From: Hypanus sabinus
Taxonomy: Eukaryota
Direction of reading: 5' to 3'
NCBI RefSeq assembly: GCF_030144855.1
Contig: NC_082731.1
Coordinates: 26,598,001-26,662,000, forward strand
Length of the DNA: 64,000 nt
Shown here: in pieces, positions 49,180-60,494 of the stretch
Position numbering within the stretch: position 1 is the stretch's first letter
Layout: each line of letters begins with the position of its first letter
Notes under the pieces: generated by a model
Database searches by the model: none
The model's input: only the letters and a program-made list of their open reading frames with translations
Told to the model about the DNA's origin: nothing
Made by a program: the position numbers and the translations under genes

Positions 49180-50189
49180 TGCAGGAGCAGAATTAGGTCA
49201 TTTGGTGCATGAATAATAGCTCTGCCATTCAATTATACCTGATATATTATCCCTCTCAACATTCTCTTGCCTTTGCCCTGTAACCTTTGCTTACTAATCA
49301 AGAACCTATTAATCTCCTTTTTAAATATATCCAAATGACTTGGCCTCTACAGCCATCTGTGGCAATGAGTTCCACAAATGCACTATACTCTGGTGAAAGA
49401 AATTTCTTCTCATCTCTGGCTGTCCTATTCTGAGGCTGTGCCCTCCGATCCTTAGCTCCCCCATGATAGGAAACACAAGAAAACAGGAGCTGGTGGAGGC
49501 ATCAAAGATCTCAAGTGGCTGAAGCAGTCTATTCATTTCGATTGCCATCTTTGCACTTTATACCCCCCGCCACACCTCTTGCACAGGCACCTGTTTTTCT
49601 GTTGTTGCAAACTCATAGAAAAAGTTTTGTAACCTGTCATTTTGGGCAAGGTTCAGCTCATTGAATATTTGTGGCTGCAATAAGAGTTTTTTTTTTCAGG
49701 ACAGTGGCCATTATCATGTCCTACTGGGTAGAGTCCCTACCTGTTGTCCACCTTCTGTCTCCCTGCCAATTTCTGAACCAGATCAATAATTTGTTTTTAG
49801 TTCATTGAACAGAAACTGTGGGCAACAGTCTTTTAAGACAAAATTTCATAAGACATAGATATAAATTAAGTCCCATTTCTACTGTCTTCACTGCCTCCAG
49901 AAAACATCCACTGTGGTTCAGGAGCTGTGATGTAACTTTAAAAGATCTGTGTTCTTTTAAAGAATTGATGGTGCTGGCCTAGGCTCTGAATTATTAGGCA
50001 TGGTCCCTCTGTATCTTTCCTGATAACTGATTTTTCCTGCTGTAGCCTTAGAGTCTGTCCCACTGCATTCCCTCTGACACACAGACTCGCCATTTCTCTC
50101 TCTCGTTCCCATTTCACTGTTTGTCCCATTTCTCACATCTGTTTCTCAGTCACTGTTACAGTTTTTCAGCTAAAAGCAAGAAATCACAA

Positions 50190-50720
50190 TTAGAATCAGA
50201 ATCAGGTTTAATATCACTGGCATATGCCATAACATTTGTTGTTTTGCAGCAGTACATTGCAATATATAATAAGTTTTAAAAACCATTAAGTTACAATAAG
50301 ATATACATGAAAAATCAAATTAAGTTATGTTAATTGGAACAAGAGAAAGAAAAATGGGTGAGATAGTGTTCATGGATTCATTGTCCATTCAGAAATTTGA
50401 TGGTGGAGGGGAAGAAGCTGTTCCTCAGATGCTGAGCATGTGCCTTCAGGCTCCTGAACTTCCTCCTTGATGGTAGCAATGAGATGAGGGCATGCCCTGG
50501 GTGCTGGGGGTTCTTAATGATGGATGCTGTCATCTTGAGGCATCGCCTTTTGGAGCTGCCCTTGATGCTGGGGAGGCTATCGTCCATGATACAGCTGGCT
50601 GAGTTTGCCACTTTCTGCAGCTTATTCTGTCCTGTGCAGAGGCCCCTTCATACCAGACGGTGATGTATCAGGTCGACTGACCTTCATGGTACACCTGTAG
50701 AAATCTGCGAGAGTCTGTGG
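50190..50720 (-). mobile_element. Rex1/L2-like LINE 3' part
   Basis: ORF 50378-50611 reads ASIIKNPQHPGHALISLLPSRRKFRSLKAH..LRNSFFPSTIK. Confidence 0.7.
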
Positions 50721-52268
50721 TAACATTTCTTGCAAGTGTAGTTGAGAAACCCCAACAGACAGATGTTTAACTGCATCAGTGGAATAGAGCAAGTTCATTT
50801 AGTCAGCCTCACTTGTGCACATCTGGTGTTCAGAGCAAATTGACTGAGGACAGGGGGCCCTCAAGAAGTGATTCCCTTCTTTGACCCAGATATTATGTGT
50901 GGCTTTGTAGTTATTACTGTCTCCTCTTTGCAAGAAACTGTGTGTTCTAATTTACCTCCAGGACCTTACACCTATAATCAAGACCAGCAGTCCTGAGAAG
51001 TCCTGATGGTCAGGTCCATCATTAGAGGTGATGTCAATAAGACTAAAAGACATAGAAGCAGGAGTAGGCCATTCAGTCCATCTGTCGTTCCATCATGGCT
51101 GATTTATTATCCCTCTAAGCCCATATTCCTGCCTTCTCCCATAACTTTTGATGCTCTTACTAATCAAGAATCTATCACCCTCCACTTTATGTATACCCAT
51201 TGACGACCACCACAGCCATCAGTGGCAATGAATTCCACATATTCACCACCATCTGGCTAAAGAAATTTCTCTTCATCTTTGTTCTAAAGGGACCTCCCCC
51301 TATCCTGAGGCTGTGCCCTCTGGTCCTAGACTTCACGATAGGAAACGTCCTCTGCACATCCACTCTATTGAGGCTTTTCAATATTTGATAGGTTTCAATG
51401 AGGTCCCCCAACGTTCTTCTAAATTCCAGCGAGCACAGGCCCAGAGTCATCAAACACTCCTGAAACATTAACCCTTTTATTAGTGGAGGCTTTTCAAGCA
51501 GATCAAGACAGTATGTAACTAGAAGAAGGAGGCATAAGAGACTGAAATCTGGAAGAAGAAAAGATCTGCTTCAGGAAGTTGAGCCAGGCAGCCTCAGAGT
51601 TTCAGGCCAAAACCCTGCATCAGGACTGAGAATTGTAAAGAGGCAATTGAGAACATAAAGAGGTGAGTAGGTGCAGTGAGACAGGAGCTGACAAGTGCAT
51701 CCAGGTGGTACGATGAGCAGATGAAACCAAGGGGGAGGTGAAAAAATGGGTAATGGGATGGGGAATTCAGTTGTTTAGAAGAAGAGTGACTGATATTCTG
51801 CCCGAGTGATCTGTAACTGAATGCTATGAACATCAAATTTTTGAAGTTCGGGTAGCCCATAACCGCTTTTTTTTTTCTCTCTCCTTATTCCCTACGAGTT
51901 CCCTATCTTCTCTCAACCATCCATCTTCTTTCCAATTGCAGCCTCAGCTTCTTCCCCTTCACCACCTGCTTCTGTCTACCTATCACCCACATGCGATTCA
52001 TTGGGTCACCACGTTCTTTCTCCCACCCATCACTCCGTTATCTGGTTCCCCTGATGACCTTCATTACTTTGCAACTTCCAGAATCTGTAGCCATTTGCTG
52101 TCTCCGTTCCTGGCCTGTGCTCACCTGAAGTTTAGAAGAATGGTGGAGGTGGGGATGCGAATCTTATCGAAACCTATCAAGTATTGAAAGGCCTAGATAG
52201 AATGGGTATGGAGAGGATGTGGGGGAGTGGGGGAGTCTAAGGCCAGAGAGCACAGAGCAAAAGGATAT

Positions 52269-52502
52269 TGTTATGTTTTGTAGCACCAGAAATTAATTGA
52301 TAAAAACACAGGGTAGCTGGGGGAACATGTACTTTGTTTTAATTTAGTGAGGCTTGCACATATGATGTGGTGGCATGATGACGTATGCCATTCACATAGT
52401 TTTACATATAACCCATAATGAATTATGTAAATAATGAATATTGCTTAATCAAAAAATATATTTATATTATTGAAATATTACTAAAATATTAAATACAAAA
52501 CA
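52269..52502 (-). repeat. 3' LTR of the Gypsy element (about 234 bp)
   Basis: TG...CA ends, adjacent PPT-like tract, AT-rich. Confidence 0.65.
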
Positions 52503-54979
52503 CTCCTGCCTGCTTAGCTATAAACTAACTCAATATAGAAGGCATCTCAATACTTATACACAATGTATATATGTCTACACTATAATACCACTGTTATATA
52601 GACATTCATAGCATAGCAAGTTGTAAATTGTCCTATTAAGCACTGAATATTTGATCACTGTGGAGGATTTCCTACTCTTGTGGGATAACATCTTACTACT
52701 GGGGGGAGGGTGGTCACTCTGCTTGGCAGGTGACACTTGTGGCTGTGGAACAAGCTCGGGTACTGGGGCCTCCTCTGTGTAGCAGTTGACTCGGGGACTG
52801 CAGGAAGTGGTTCTGACAGTTCTAAACACTTTTTCTCTGGATGTTGCTGGCATTCCGAGTAGTGCATGGCAAGCTGCTCGATCTGCTGATCCATCCCAGG
52901 TCAACAGACAAAGCTTTGAGACCGTGCTTTCATTTTGACTGTGCCTGTATGACTAGCCTGTAGCTTCCCCAATAACTTGAATTCTCAAACCCCACATAAG
53001 GCAAACCCTGTCAAGGGCAAGTTAATCCTGGCACTCGTAAAAATGGGGTAACTGGGATTTCTGCTGCACATTCCAGTGATTTTGGGTGGCCATGTAGACC
53101 TGAGGACATGTAGAGGCTTTTCTGGTTTCCCCTTGGATCATCTCTGCCATTATAGGGAGACTTCCAATTTGTATTTGGGAGAATACATAAAGAGGAGTGT
53201 CCTCTTTTGTAGATTGTTCAGGCATTTTCTTTCCCAAGGATAAACAGGCCAATCCATCAGCATTTCCATGATTAGTTGTCCTCTTGAATTCCATCTTGTA
53301 ATTGTGACAGAGCCCATCTCTGCATTTGTGCTGCTGCCTTTAGTGGAACACCCTTCTGTGGATTGAAAATGGACACCAGTGACTGATAATCCCATGGCTG
53401 AAACATTTTACAACCAAAAGCCAGACTCAAGGGCTCTCTGTCAATCTGTGTGTAATCTTTTTCTGCAACAGTGTGGGAACGTGATGTAAAGGCTATAGAG
53501 CATTCACTTCCATCACTCATAACATGGACATGACAGCAGATACGTTTACCGTAAGGCAAGGTATTACTGGATGATGTGGATCATAATGTCTGCTGTCATC
53601 ATTTCCTTTACCTTGTGGAAAGCTACTTCACACTGCTTTGTGCACTGCCATTTCTTTCCATTCTGTAGTAATGTGTTCAAGGGGAGGTGCACAGTAGCTG
53701 GGTTTGGCGGGAACTTGTTAGAGTGATTGACAAACTTTAAAATGGACTGCAGCTGCGACATGTCCTTAGGCCTTGGGGCATCCACCGCTGCTTGAAAATT
53801 CTCAGCACTCTGGTGTAAGTCTTGTGCATCAATGGTGTGACCATAGTAAGTGATGGTGGGTTTGAAGAATTCACATATGTTGCGTTATGCTGTACGCCCA
53901 TAATCTTCAAATTGATTTAACACAGTCTTGAGATTTTGGAGAGGTTTCTTGAGATGGTATCATCTATATCTTTCTGCCAGGGTGCAGCTGTAGATGCTAC
54001 TCCAACAATAAGCCTAATATCGCAATAAAACACTTCAGACTCTTCTTCCATCTCCATCTGTAGGTCAGCCTCAGCTAAGTCCACTTTGCTATAGTGTTTC
54101 TCTCCAGAAAGCTTTGCAAAGATATCCTCTATCCTGGGCATTGGGTATTGATCTACTTTCTGGGTTGATGGTGACCTTAAAATCACCACAGATCCTGACA
54201 GACCCATTATTTGGTGACTGGGACCACTGGCATTGCCCGTGGACTCCACTCAACCTTGAAAAGAATTTCTTTAGCCTTCATGCTCTCTGGCTCACTGGCT
54301 ACTTTTTGGAGATGGTACAAGGAACTGGATGGGCTTTGTAAAATTTGTGTGTGGCACTTTCATTTAGCACTATTTTATCCTTGACCACTGCTGGGGCATC
54401 ATCCAGTACCTTTCTCAGTTCACTTTCAGTTGACTCCACTGCAGGGATGCGAAATGCAAATGGTCGATGGATCTCCAATCAAATTGCAGTTGCCTCAGCC
54501 AACCACAGACCCACAATGCTGGCCCTCCTGTTATTCCCACATACAAGCCCAATTTAGCTTGATGGTTGTGGTAATTCACTGTTACAAGTGTCATTCTCAC
54601 AGGAGTTATCTTTTCTCCAGCATAACTTTTTAGAAGAATACCTGCAGGCTTCAGTTCAGTATCTTTGAATCAAACTCATTTGTGGAATCATAGAGACAAC
54701 TGGGCCACTGTCCAATTCCATCTTAATTCACTTCTGGAGTAAGCCATATTACTTGTCTCTTGTTAGTTTTCAAATTGTCACTCATTACGCTACCCAGTCC
54801 TGTATACCCTCTTATCGTTATCAAATCTTTCATTGACAGCATGCAGATCAGTGCACTCTTTGAAACTGCAACTTGACTTTTTATTTGTTTCACTTCTCCT
54901 TGCAGTCCATTTATTTTTGTCTGTCCAACGTGCTCTTTCTATGTGTCCTACATTGTTGCATCTTCTCAAAGTTTCACCT

Positions 54980-57350
54980 AGAGCACGGGGTTTAGATTGG
55001 GTGGAGTTTGTTAGGTGTGTTTAGGAATGTTCCTTGACACAATATGTAGATAAGCCTACAAGAGGAGAGGCTGTACTTGATTTGGTATTGGGAAATGAAC
55101 CTGATCAGGTGTCAGATCTCTCAATGAGAGAGCATTTTGGAGATAGTGATCATAATTCTATCGCCTCTACAACAGCATTGGAGAGAGAAAGGAACAGACA
55201 AGTTAAAGAAGCGTTTAATTGGAGTAAGGGGAATTATGAAGCTATCAGGCAGGAAGCTTAAATTGGAAACAGATGTCCTCAGGGAAAAGTATGGAAGAAA
55301 TGTGGCAAATGTTCAGGGAATATTTGTGTGGAGTTCTGCAAAGGTACATTCCAATGAGACAGGGAAGTTATGGTGGGGTACAGGAACCATGGTGTACAAA
55401 GGCTGTAAGAAATCTAGTCAAGGAGAAAAGAAAAGCTTACAAAAGGTTCAGAGAACTAGGTAATGTTAGAGATCTAGAGGATTATAAGGCTAACAGGAAG
55501 GAGCTTAAGAAGGAAATTAGGAGAGCCAGAAGGGGTCATGAGAAGGCCTTGGCGGGCAAGATTAAGGAAAACTCCAAGGCATTCTATAAGTATGCAAAGA
55601 GCAATAGGATAAAACGTGAAAGAATAGGAACTAAGTGTGACAGTGGGAAACTGTGTATGGAACTGAAGGAAATAGCAGAGGTACTTAATGAATACTTTAC
55701 TTCAGTATTCACTATGGAAAAGGATCTTGGTGATTATAGTGATGACTTACAGCAGACTGAAAAGCTTTTGCATGTAGATATTAAGAAAAAGAATGTGCTG
55801 GAGCTTTATAGAAAGCATCAAGTTGGATAAGTCGCCGGGACTGGATGAGATGTACCCTAGGCTACTGTGGGAGGAGACTGCTGAGCCTCTGGCGATGATC
55901 TTTCCATCATCAATGGGGATGGGAGTGGTTCCAGAGGATTGGAGGGTTGCGGATGTTGTTCCTTTATTCAAGAAAGGAAGTAGTGATAGCCCAGGAAATT
56001 ATAGACCAGTGAGTCTTTCCTCAGTGGTTGGTAAGTTGATGGAGAAGGTCCTGAGAGGCAGGATTTATGAACATTTGGAGAGTTAATATGATTAGGAACA
56101 GTCAGCATAGCTTTGTCAAGGACAGGTCCTGCCTTATGAACCTGATTAAATTTTTTGAGGATGTGACTAAACACATTGATAAAGGAAGAGCAGCAGATGT
56201 AGTGTATATGGATTTCAGCAAGGCATTTGATAAGGTACCCATGCAAGGCTTATTGAGAAAGTAAGGAGGCATGGTATCCAAGGGGATACTGCTTTGTGGA
56301 TCCAGAACTGGCCTGCCCACAGAAGACAAACAGTGTTTGTAGATAGGTCATATTCTGCATGGACGTCAATGACCAGTGGTGTGCCTCAGGGATCTATTCT
56401 GGGACCATTACTCTTTGTGATTTTTATAAATGACCTGGATGAGGAAGTGGAGGGATGGGTTAGTAAGTTTACTGATGCCACAAAGGTTGGAGGTGTTGTG
56501 GATAGTCTGGAGGGCTGTCAGAGGTTACAGTGGGACATTGATAGGATGGAAAGCTGGGCTCAGAAGTGGCAGATGGAGTTTAACCCAGGTAAGTGTGAAG
56601 TGGTTCATTTTGGTAGGGCAAATATGGCAAAATATAGTATTAATGGTAAGACTCTTGGCATTGTGGAACATCAGAGGGATCTTGGAGTCCAAATCCACAG
56701 GACACTCAAATCAGCTGCACAGGTTGGCTCCGTGATTGAGAAGGCACACAGTGTATTGGCCTTCATCAATTGTGGAATTGAATTTAGGAGCTGAAAGGTA
56801 ATGTTGCAGGCTGTATAGGACCTGGTCAGACCCCACTTGGTGTACTGAGCTCAGTTCTGGTCACCTCACTACAGGAAGGATGTGGAAGCCAGAGAAAGGG
56901 TGCAGAGGAGATTTACAAGGATGTTGCCTGGATTGGGGAGCATGCCTTATGAGAATAGGTTGAGTGAACGGAGGATGAGAGGTGACCTGATAGAGGTGTA
57001 TAAGATGATGAGAGGCATTGATCGTGTGAATAGTCCGAGGCTTTTTCCCAGGGCTGAAATTGTTGCTACAAGAGTACACAGGTTTAATGTGCTCGGGAGC
57101 AGGTACAGAGGAGATGTTGGGGTAAGTTTTTTACTCAGAGAGTGGTGAGTGTGTGGAACGGGCTGCCGGCAATGGTGGTGGAGGCGGATACAATAGGGTC
57201 TTTTAAGAGTCTTTTGGATAGGTACATGGAGCTTAGAAAAATTGAGGTCTATGGGTAAGCCTAGTAATTTCTAAGGTAGGGACATGATCGGCTTAATGTT
57301 GTGGGCTGAAGGGCCTGTATTGTGCTGTAGGTTTTCTATGTTTCTATGTT
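54980..57350 (+). mobile_element. 5'-truncated CR1 LINE inserted in Gypsy gag
   Basis: YVDKPTRGEAVLDLVLGNEP (APE end), PGNYRPVSLSSVVGKLME, DVVYMDFSKAFDKVP, SGVPQGSILGPLLFVIFINDLD, and a (TTCTATGT)n tail at 57335-57350. Confidence 0.93.
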
Positions 57351-58699
57351 TAAACCTGCATTGGTTTGGTGTATGAATGGACTCTCCTTCCTCTTGATCC
57401 CACTTATGAAACCTAAAGTGTTCTGCTTCTAAATGTTCCTGCTGCACTTTCACAATATCAGCAAAGCTAGCTTTGTCTAGCTTAGCCTAGAATGATCTTG
57501 TCAAATGAATAATGACCATGTAGACAACGTTCACTACCCTACCCTTTTCAATAACCTTCAGTGCCCCCTCAAAAAATTCAGTCTTGTATGTAAGGTATGA
57601 TCTGGCTTGCAGAAAGCCACACTTGACTGCCCCTAACCTGCACATGTTTTTCTAATCCCCACTAATCCTATTCGTCAGAGTCCTCTCCAGTTGCTTCACT
57701 ACCACTGACTCATTGGCCTATCATTTCTGAGGTTTTCTCTATTTTCCTTCTTGAACAAAGGAAGAACATTAGCTACTCTCTAGTCCTCTAGGACCTCACG
57801 TTTTGCAAGTGCTGACACAAAGATCTTTGTCAAGCCCTTAAGAATCTCCTCCTTTGCTTCTTTCAATAACCTAGAATATATCCCACAGGCAGTGAGGACT
57901 TACGCGCGTTTATGCACTTAGACCAAGCACTATCCCCTTCTTGATTTTGAAATGCCTGAGCAATTAGAATACTCACACCAATATTGCAATCCTTTATGAC
58001 CTTTCTCAATCCCAAGTTACTTACTTACTGTCTCCCAAAAAAACAGTGTGGGACACTTACAACCAAAGCATTTTCATAAGACATTTATTGTAAATGGATT
58101 AATACATTGACATCTAAATAGATTTAATGCTATGTGTAATCACATACAGCACTGAAAGTTATCCGGCTGCACAGAGATTTGTGGTGAATCATGCCATTTG
58201 ATTAATATGCTTTGAATTTTGTTCTCAATGAGAAGAATCCAGATTTTCATCATGTAGTAAGTGTCAGGAAATTAATGAGCTAAATGATTCTCTGGGTCAG
58301 TTAATAATCACCAAACTAATAAAACAAGTACTTTATAGATGGAATCATGAAGAGGCAGACACAAGATCTAAAACAAATGGTCAGAACACGTGAAATATTG
58401 ACACAAGGCGGGTTTTCTGGGAGACATTGATGCTTCAGAACAGATTGGCTGTGATTGACTCATATCCCACCAAATCTCAGGGTGTACCTGTGGAGAAGGA
58501 GACAGTATTAACATTTCAGGTCAAAGACCTTCCTGTACCTTTCCTCTATATATTGAATTGTAAGCAGTGGCATTATTTTGATCTTTGCACCAATCATGTA
58601 AATACATTTTTTTAACTCCATAGAGTGTAACTAAATTCACCAGCATCTTCATCAGAATGCTGAGTGATCCAACAGCATTTTGCACACTGTCCGGCTAGC

Positions 58700-59009
58700 T
58701 ACCCCATGTAGGGGCAGAGACAGGGAGACAGATTGTCAGAGAGTGAAGAGGACTGAGGTGGGAGCGTGAGTGAGTGAGAGAAATGCTCTGTTGCAAATTT
58801 TGTTACTAATGAAGCACAAATCAGAGGCTGGGATTCCATTCAAAGGCAGAGGGAAAGAGCATTTTGAAGAAGAGTACCAGATTCCTTCTGGGTTCCTGTT
58901 CAGTGAAGTGGTTTGGATTATCCTCAAGTCAGGAAAGCAATCTCAGTGATACGGTATTTCTAAGATCAGGCTTCTGGATTAGAGCCATGCACAATGATTC
59001 CGTTTTCAC
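58700..59009 (-). pseudogene. Decayed Ig C-domain exon (IgNAR C4 / IgW CH5-like)
   Basis: Acceptor ctagatttag|G at the expected position after the preceding exon. Fragments in shifting frames (EIAF.DL, TEQEP, SAFEWNPS, DLCFI) follow the order of NAR C4 CEIVYSDLE, TQNP, ASEWDSG, YVCLV. Every frame is interrupted by stops. Left boundary is approximate. Confidence 0.45.
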
Positions 59010-59043
59010 CTAAATCTAGCACAATTTATTGGACAAAGTAAAC

Positions 59044-59188
59044 AATTTCAATAATGGGGTGAGTCCCAGGACGTTCTTCACTTGCTTCTTGATACGGGTG
59101 TTGGAGGGAGGATGAATCACTGTACAGCTGAAGACTGATTCTGTATTCCACTCCTGTAAACTCACGGTCAGGAAGTGTCTGACACTGA
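59044..59188 (-). repeat. Duplicate of the 3' half of the Ig C exon plus intron start (copy of 59750-59906)
   Basis: Near-identical to 59750-59906 by direct comparison, except for a deletion of about 12 nt that removes the GTAAG donor. Confidence 0.9.
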
Positions 59189-59783
59189 TGCTAGAACAAC
59201 TTCATGCCTTCTTTTCACTCTCACGATTTCCTTTCTGTGTTCTCTTGCATTTCATAGACTCCATAAAACCTCATTTGTTCCTACCTGCCTATACCTGCTG
59301 TGCCCCTCCTTTTTTTCTTTTTACCAGGGCCTCAATATCCCTTGAAAACCAAGGTTCCCTACACTTGTTATATTTACCTTTTAATCTGACAGGCACTTAC
59401 AAGCTTAGTGCTCTCAAGATTTTGGCTTCCAACTTTCCAAGTAAATCTTTGCCAGAAAACAGCCTGTCCCAATCCACCATTGCTAGCTCATTTCTATAAG
59501 GAAAAGCTTAAAGGTAACATCCAGGCAGAGGTAGCTGGGGCAGTGTGTAGTCAATCCAATGTGTAGTAAGGCCTCTGGACAGATATTGGCTGACTGCATA
59601 TGATTCAGTGTTTACCTTTTTTGAGTTCCTAGGATAAAGAATACAATTAGTCCTGCTGGAGGGTCTCTGGCTTAAACGTTAACAATACTCTTTTCCACAG
59701 ATGCTGCCTGGCCTGCTGATTTCCTCCACCATTTTGTGTGTGTTAATTGAATTTCAATAATGGGGTTAGTACCAGGACCTTAC

Positions 59784-60101
59784 CTGGGACGTTCTTCACT
59801 TGCTTCTTGATACGGGTGTTGGAGGAGGGATGAGTCACTGTACAGCTGAAGACTGATTCTGTCTTCCACTCCTGTAAACTCACGGTCAGGAAGTGTCTGA
59901 CACTGAAAGTGCCCCCCTGCTCCAGAGCGGCCGGTGTAGCATGGGTGCCTGACCTGATCACAGAGCTGCCCTTCTCCCAGGTGACAGTTATGTGGTCTGG
60001 GTAGAATCCTGCAGCCACACACTCAAGGATGGCAGAACCATTGGACTTGATTTCTTCCTCTGTTGGAAGCAGCAATCTGACATCAGGACGTTTTGTTGTT
60101 C
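59784..60101 (-). CDS. Ig heavy-chain constant exon (IgNAR C3 / IgW CH4-like), 318 nt
   Basis: Acceptor tctcttccag, phase 1-1, donor GTAAGG. TTKRPDVRLLLPTEEEIKSNGSAILECVAAGFYPDHITVTWEKG...ALEQGGTFSVRHFLTVSLQEWKTESVFSCTVTHPSS has the C1-set C, W, C and GFYP. It aligns by eye to the recalled NAR C3 (PHLRLLPPSPEEIQSTSSATLTC...GFYPD...ALEQD). Confidence 0.92.
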
Positions 60102-60191
60102 CTGGAAGAGACATGCAAACAATAGTAACATAAAATATTTTTGCTCAGTTTATCTAATGTTGACCTTTTAATCGCTGGTCATCTTGCCTAC

Positions 60192-60494
60192 CTTTGGTTC
60201 TTTTTGTCTTTGCTGACATTTTAGAGGACGTGGAAAAATCTTGAACAGAGCACTCGTACTCCACCCCACTGAGCCACTCCTCTACACTGGAACTCAATGT
60301 ACTGATCACTATTTTTATGATTCCTTTACTTTCTGGTTCTTCAGAGGAAGCAGGAATTTTTGACTCCGTCCCGTTCACCAACCAACTGATGTGGATATTC
60401 TGTGGATCAGTACAGAGAACCGTGCACTTCACGGTAGCAGTTTTGCCGATCCACACCTCTTCAATGTCAGGATTTTGAATAAGGACAGACAATT
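60192..60494 (-). CDS. Ig heavy-chain constant exon (IgNAR C2 / IgW CH3-like), 303 nt
   Basis: Acceptor tctaatccacag, phase 1-1, donor GTAGGC, 90-nt intron to the next exon. LSVLIQNPDIEEVWIGKTATVKC...ISWLVNG...LSSSVEEWLSGVEYECS resembles the recalled NAR C2 (DPTVEEIWIDKSATLIC...LTSSVEEWQSGVEYTCS). Confidence 0.92.

Larger units (their letters stand above)
52269..57490 (-). mobile_element. Gypsy/Ty3 LTR retrotransposon, degenerate; 3' LTR present, 5' end missing, split by a CR1
   Basis: Gag ADIVKVQQEHLEAEHFRFHK (about 57380-57470); zinc-knuckle halves at 57350 and 54970; RT YPMPRIEDIFAKLSGEKHYSKVDLAEA; RNase H IAFTSRS...YTQIDRE; TG...CA LTR at 52269-52502 preceded on the minus strand by the purine-rich AAGCAGGCAGGAG. 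Confidence 0.85.

Noticed and set aside
58370-58490. SINVS-coding stretch after a good acceptor as a secretory tailpiece remnant
   Set aside because: There is no preceding C domain, no penultimate Cys, and the frame is inconsistent with the acceptor phase.
59743-59783. Read-through peptide GKVLVLTPLLKFN* as a novel secretory tail
   Set aside because: It lacks the N-x-S/T sequon and terminal Cys of Ig tailpieces and has no nearby poly(A) signal. It is most simply intron read-through.
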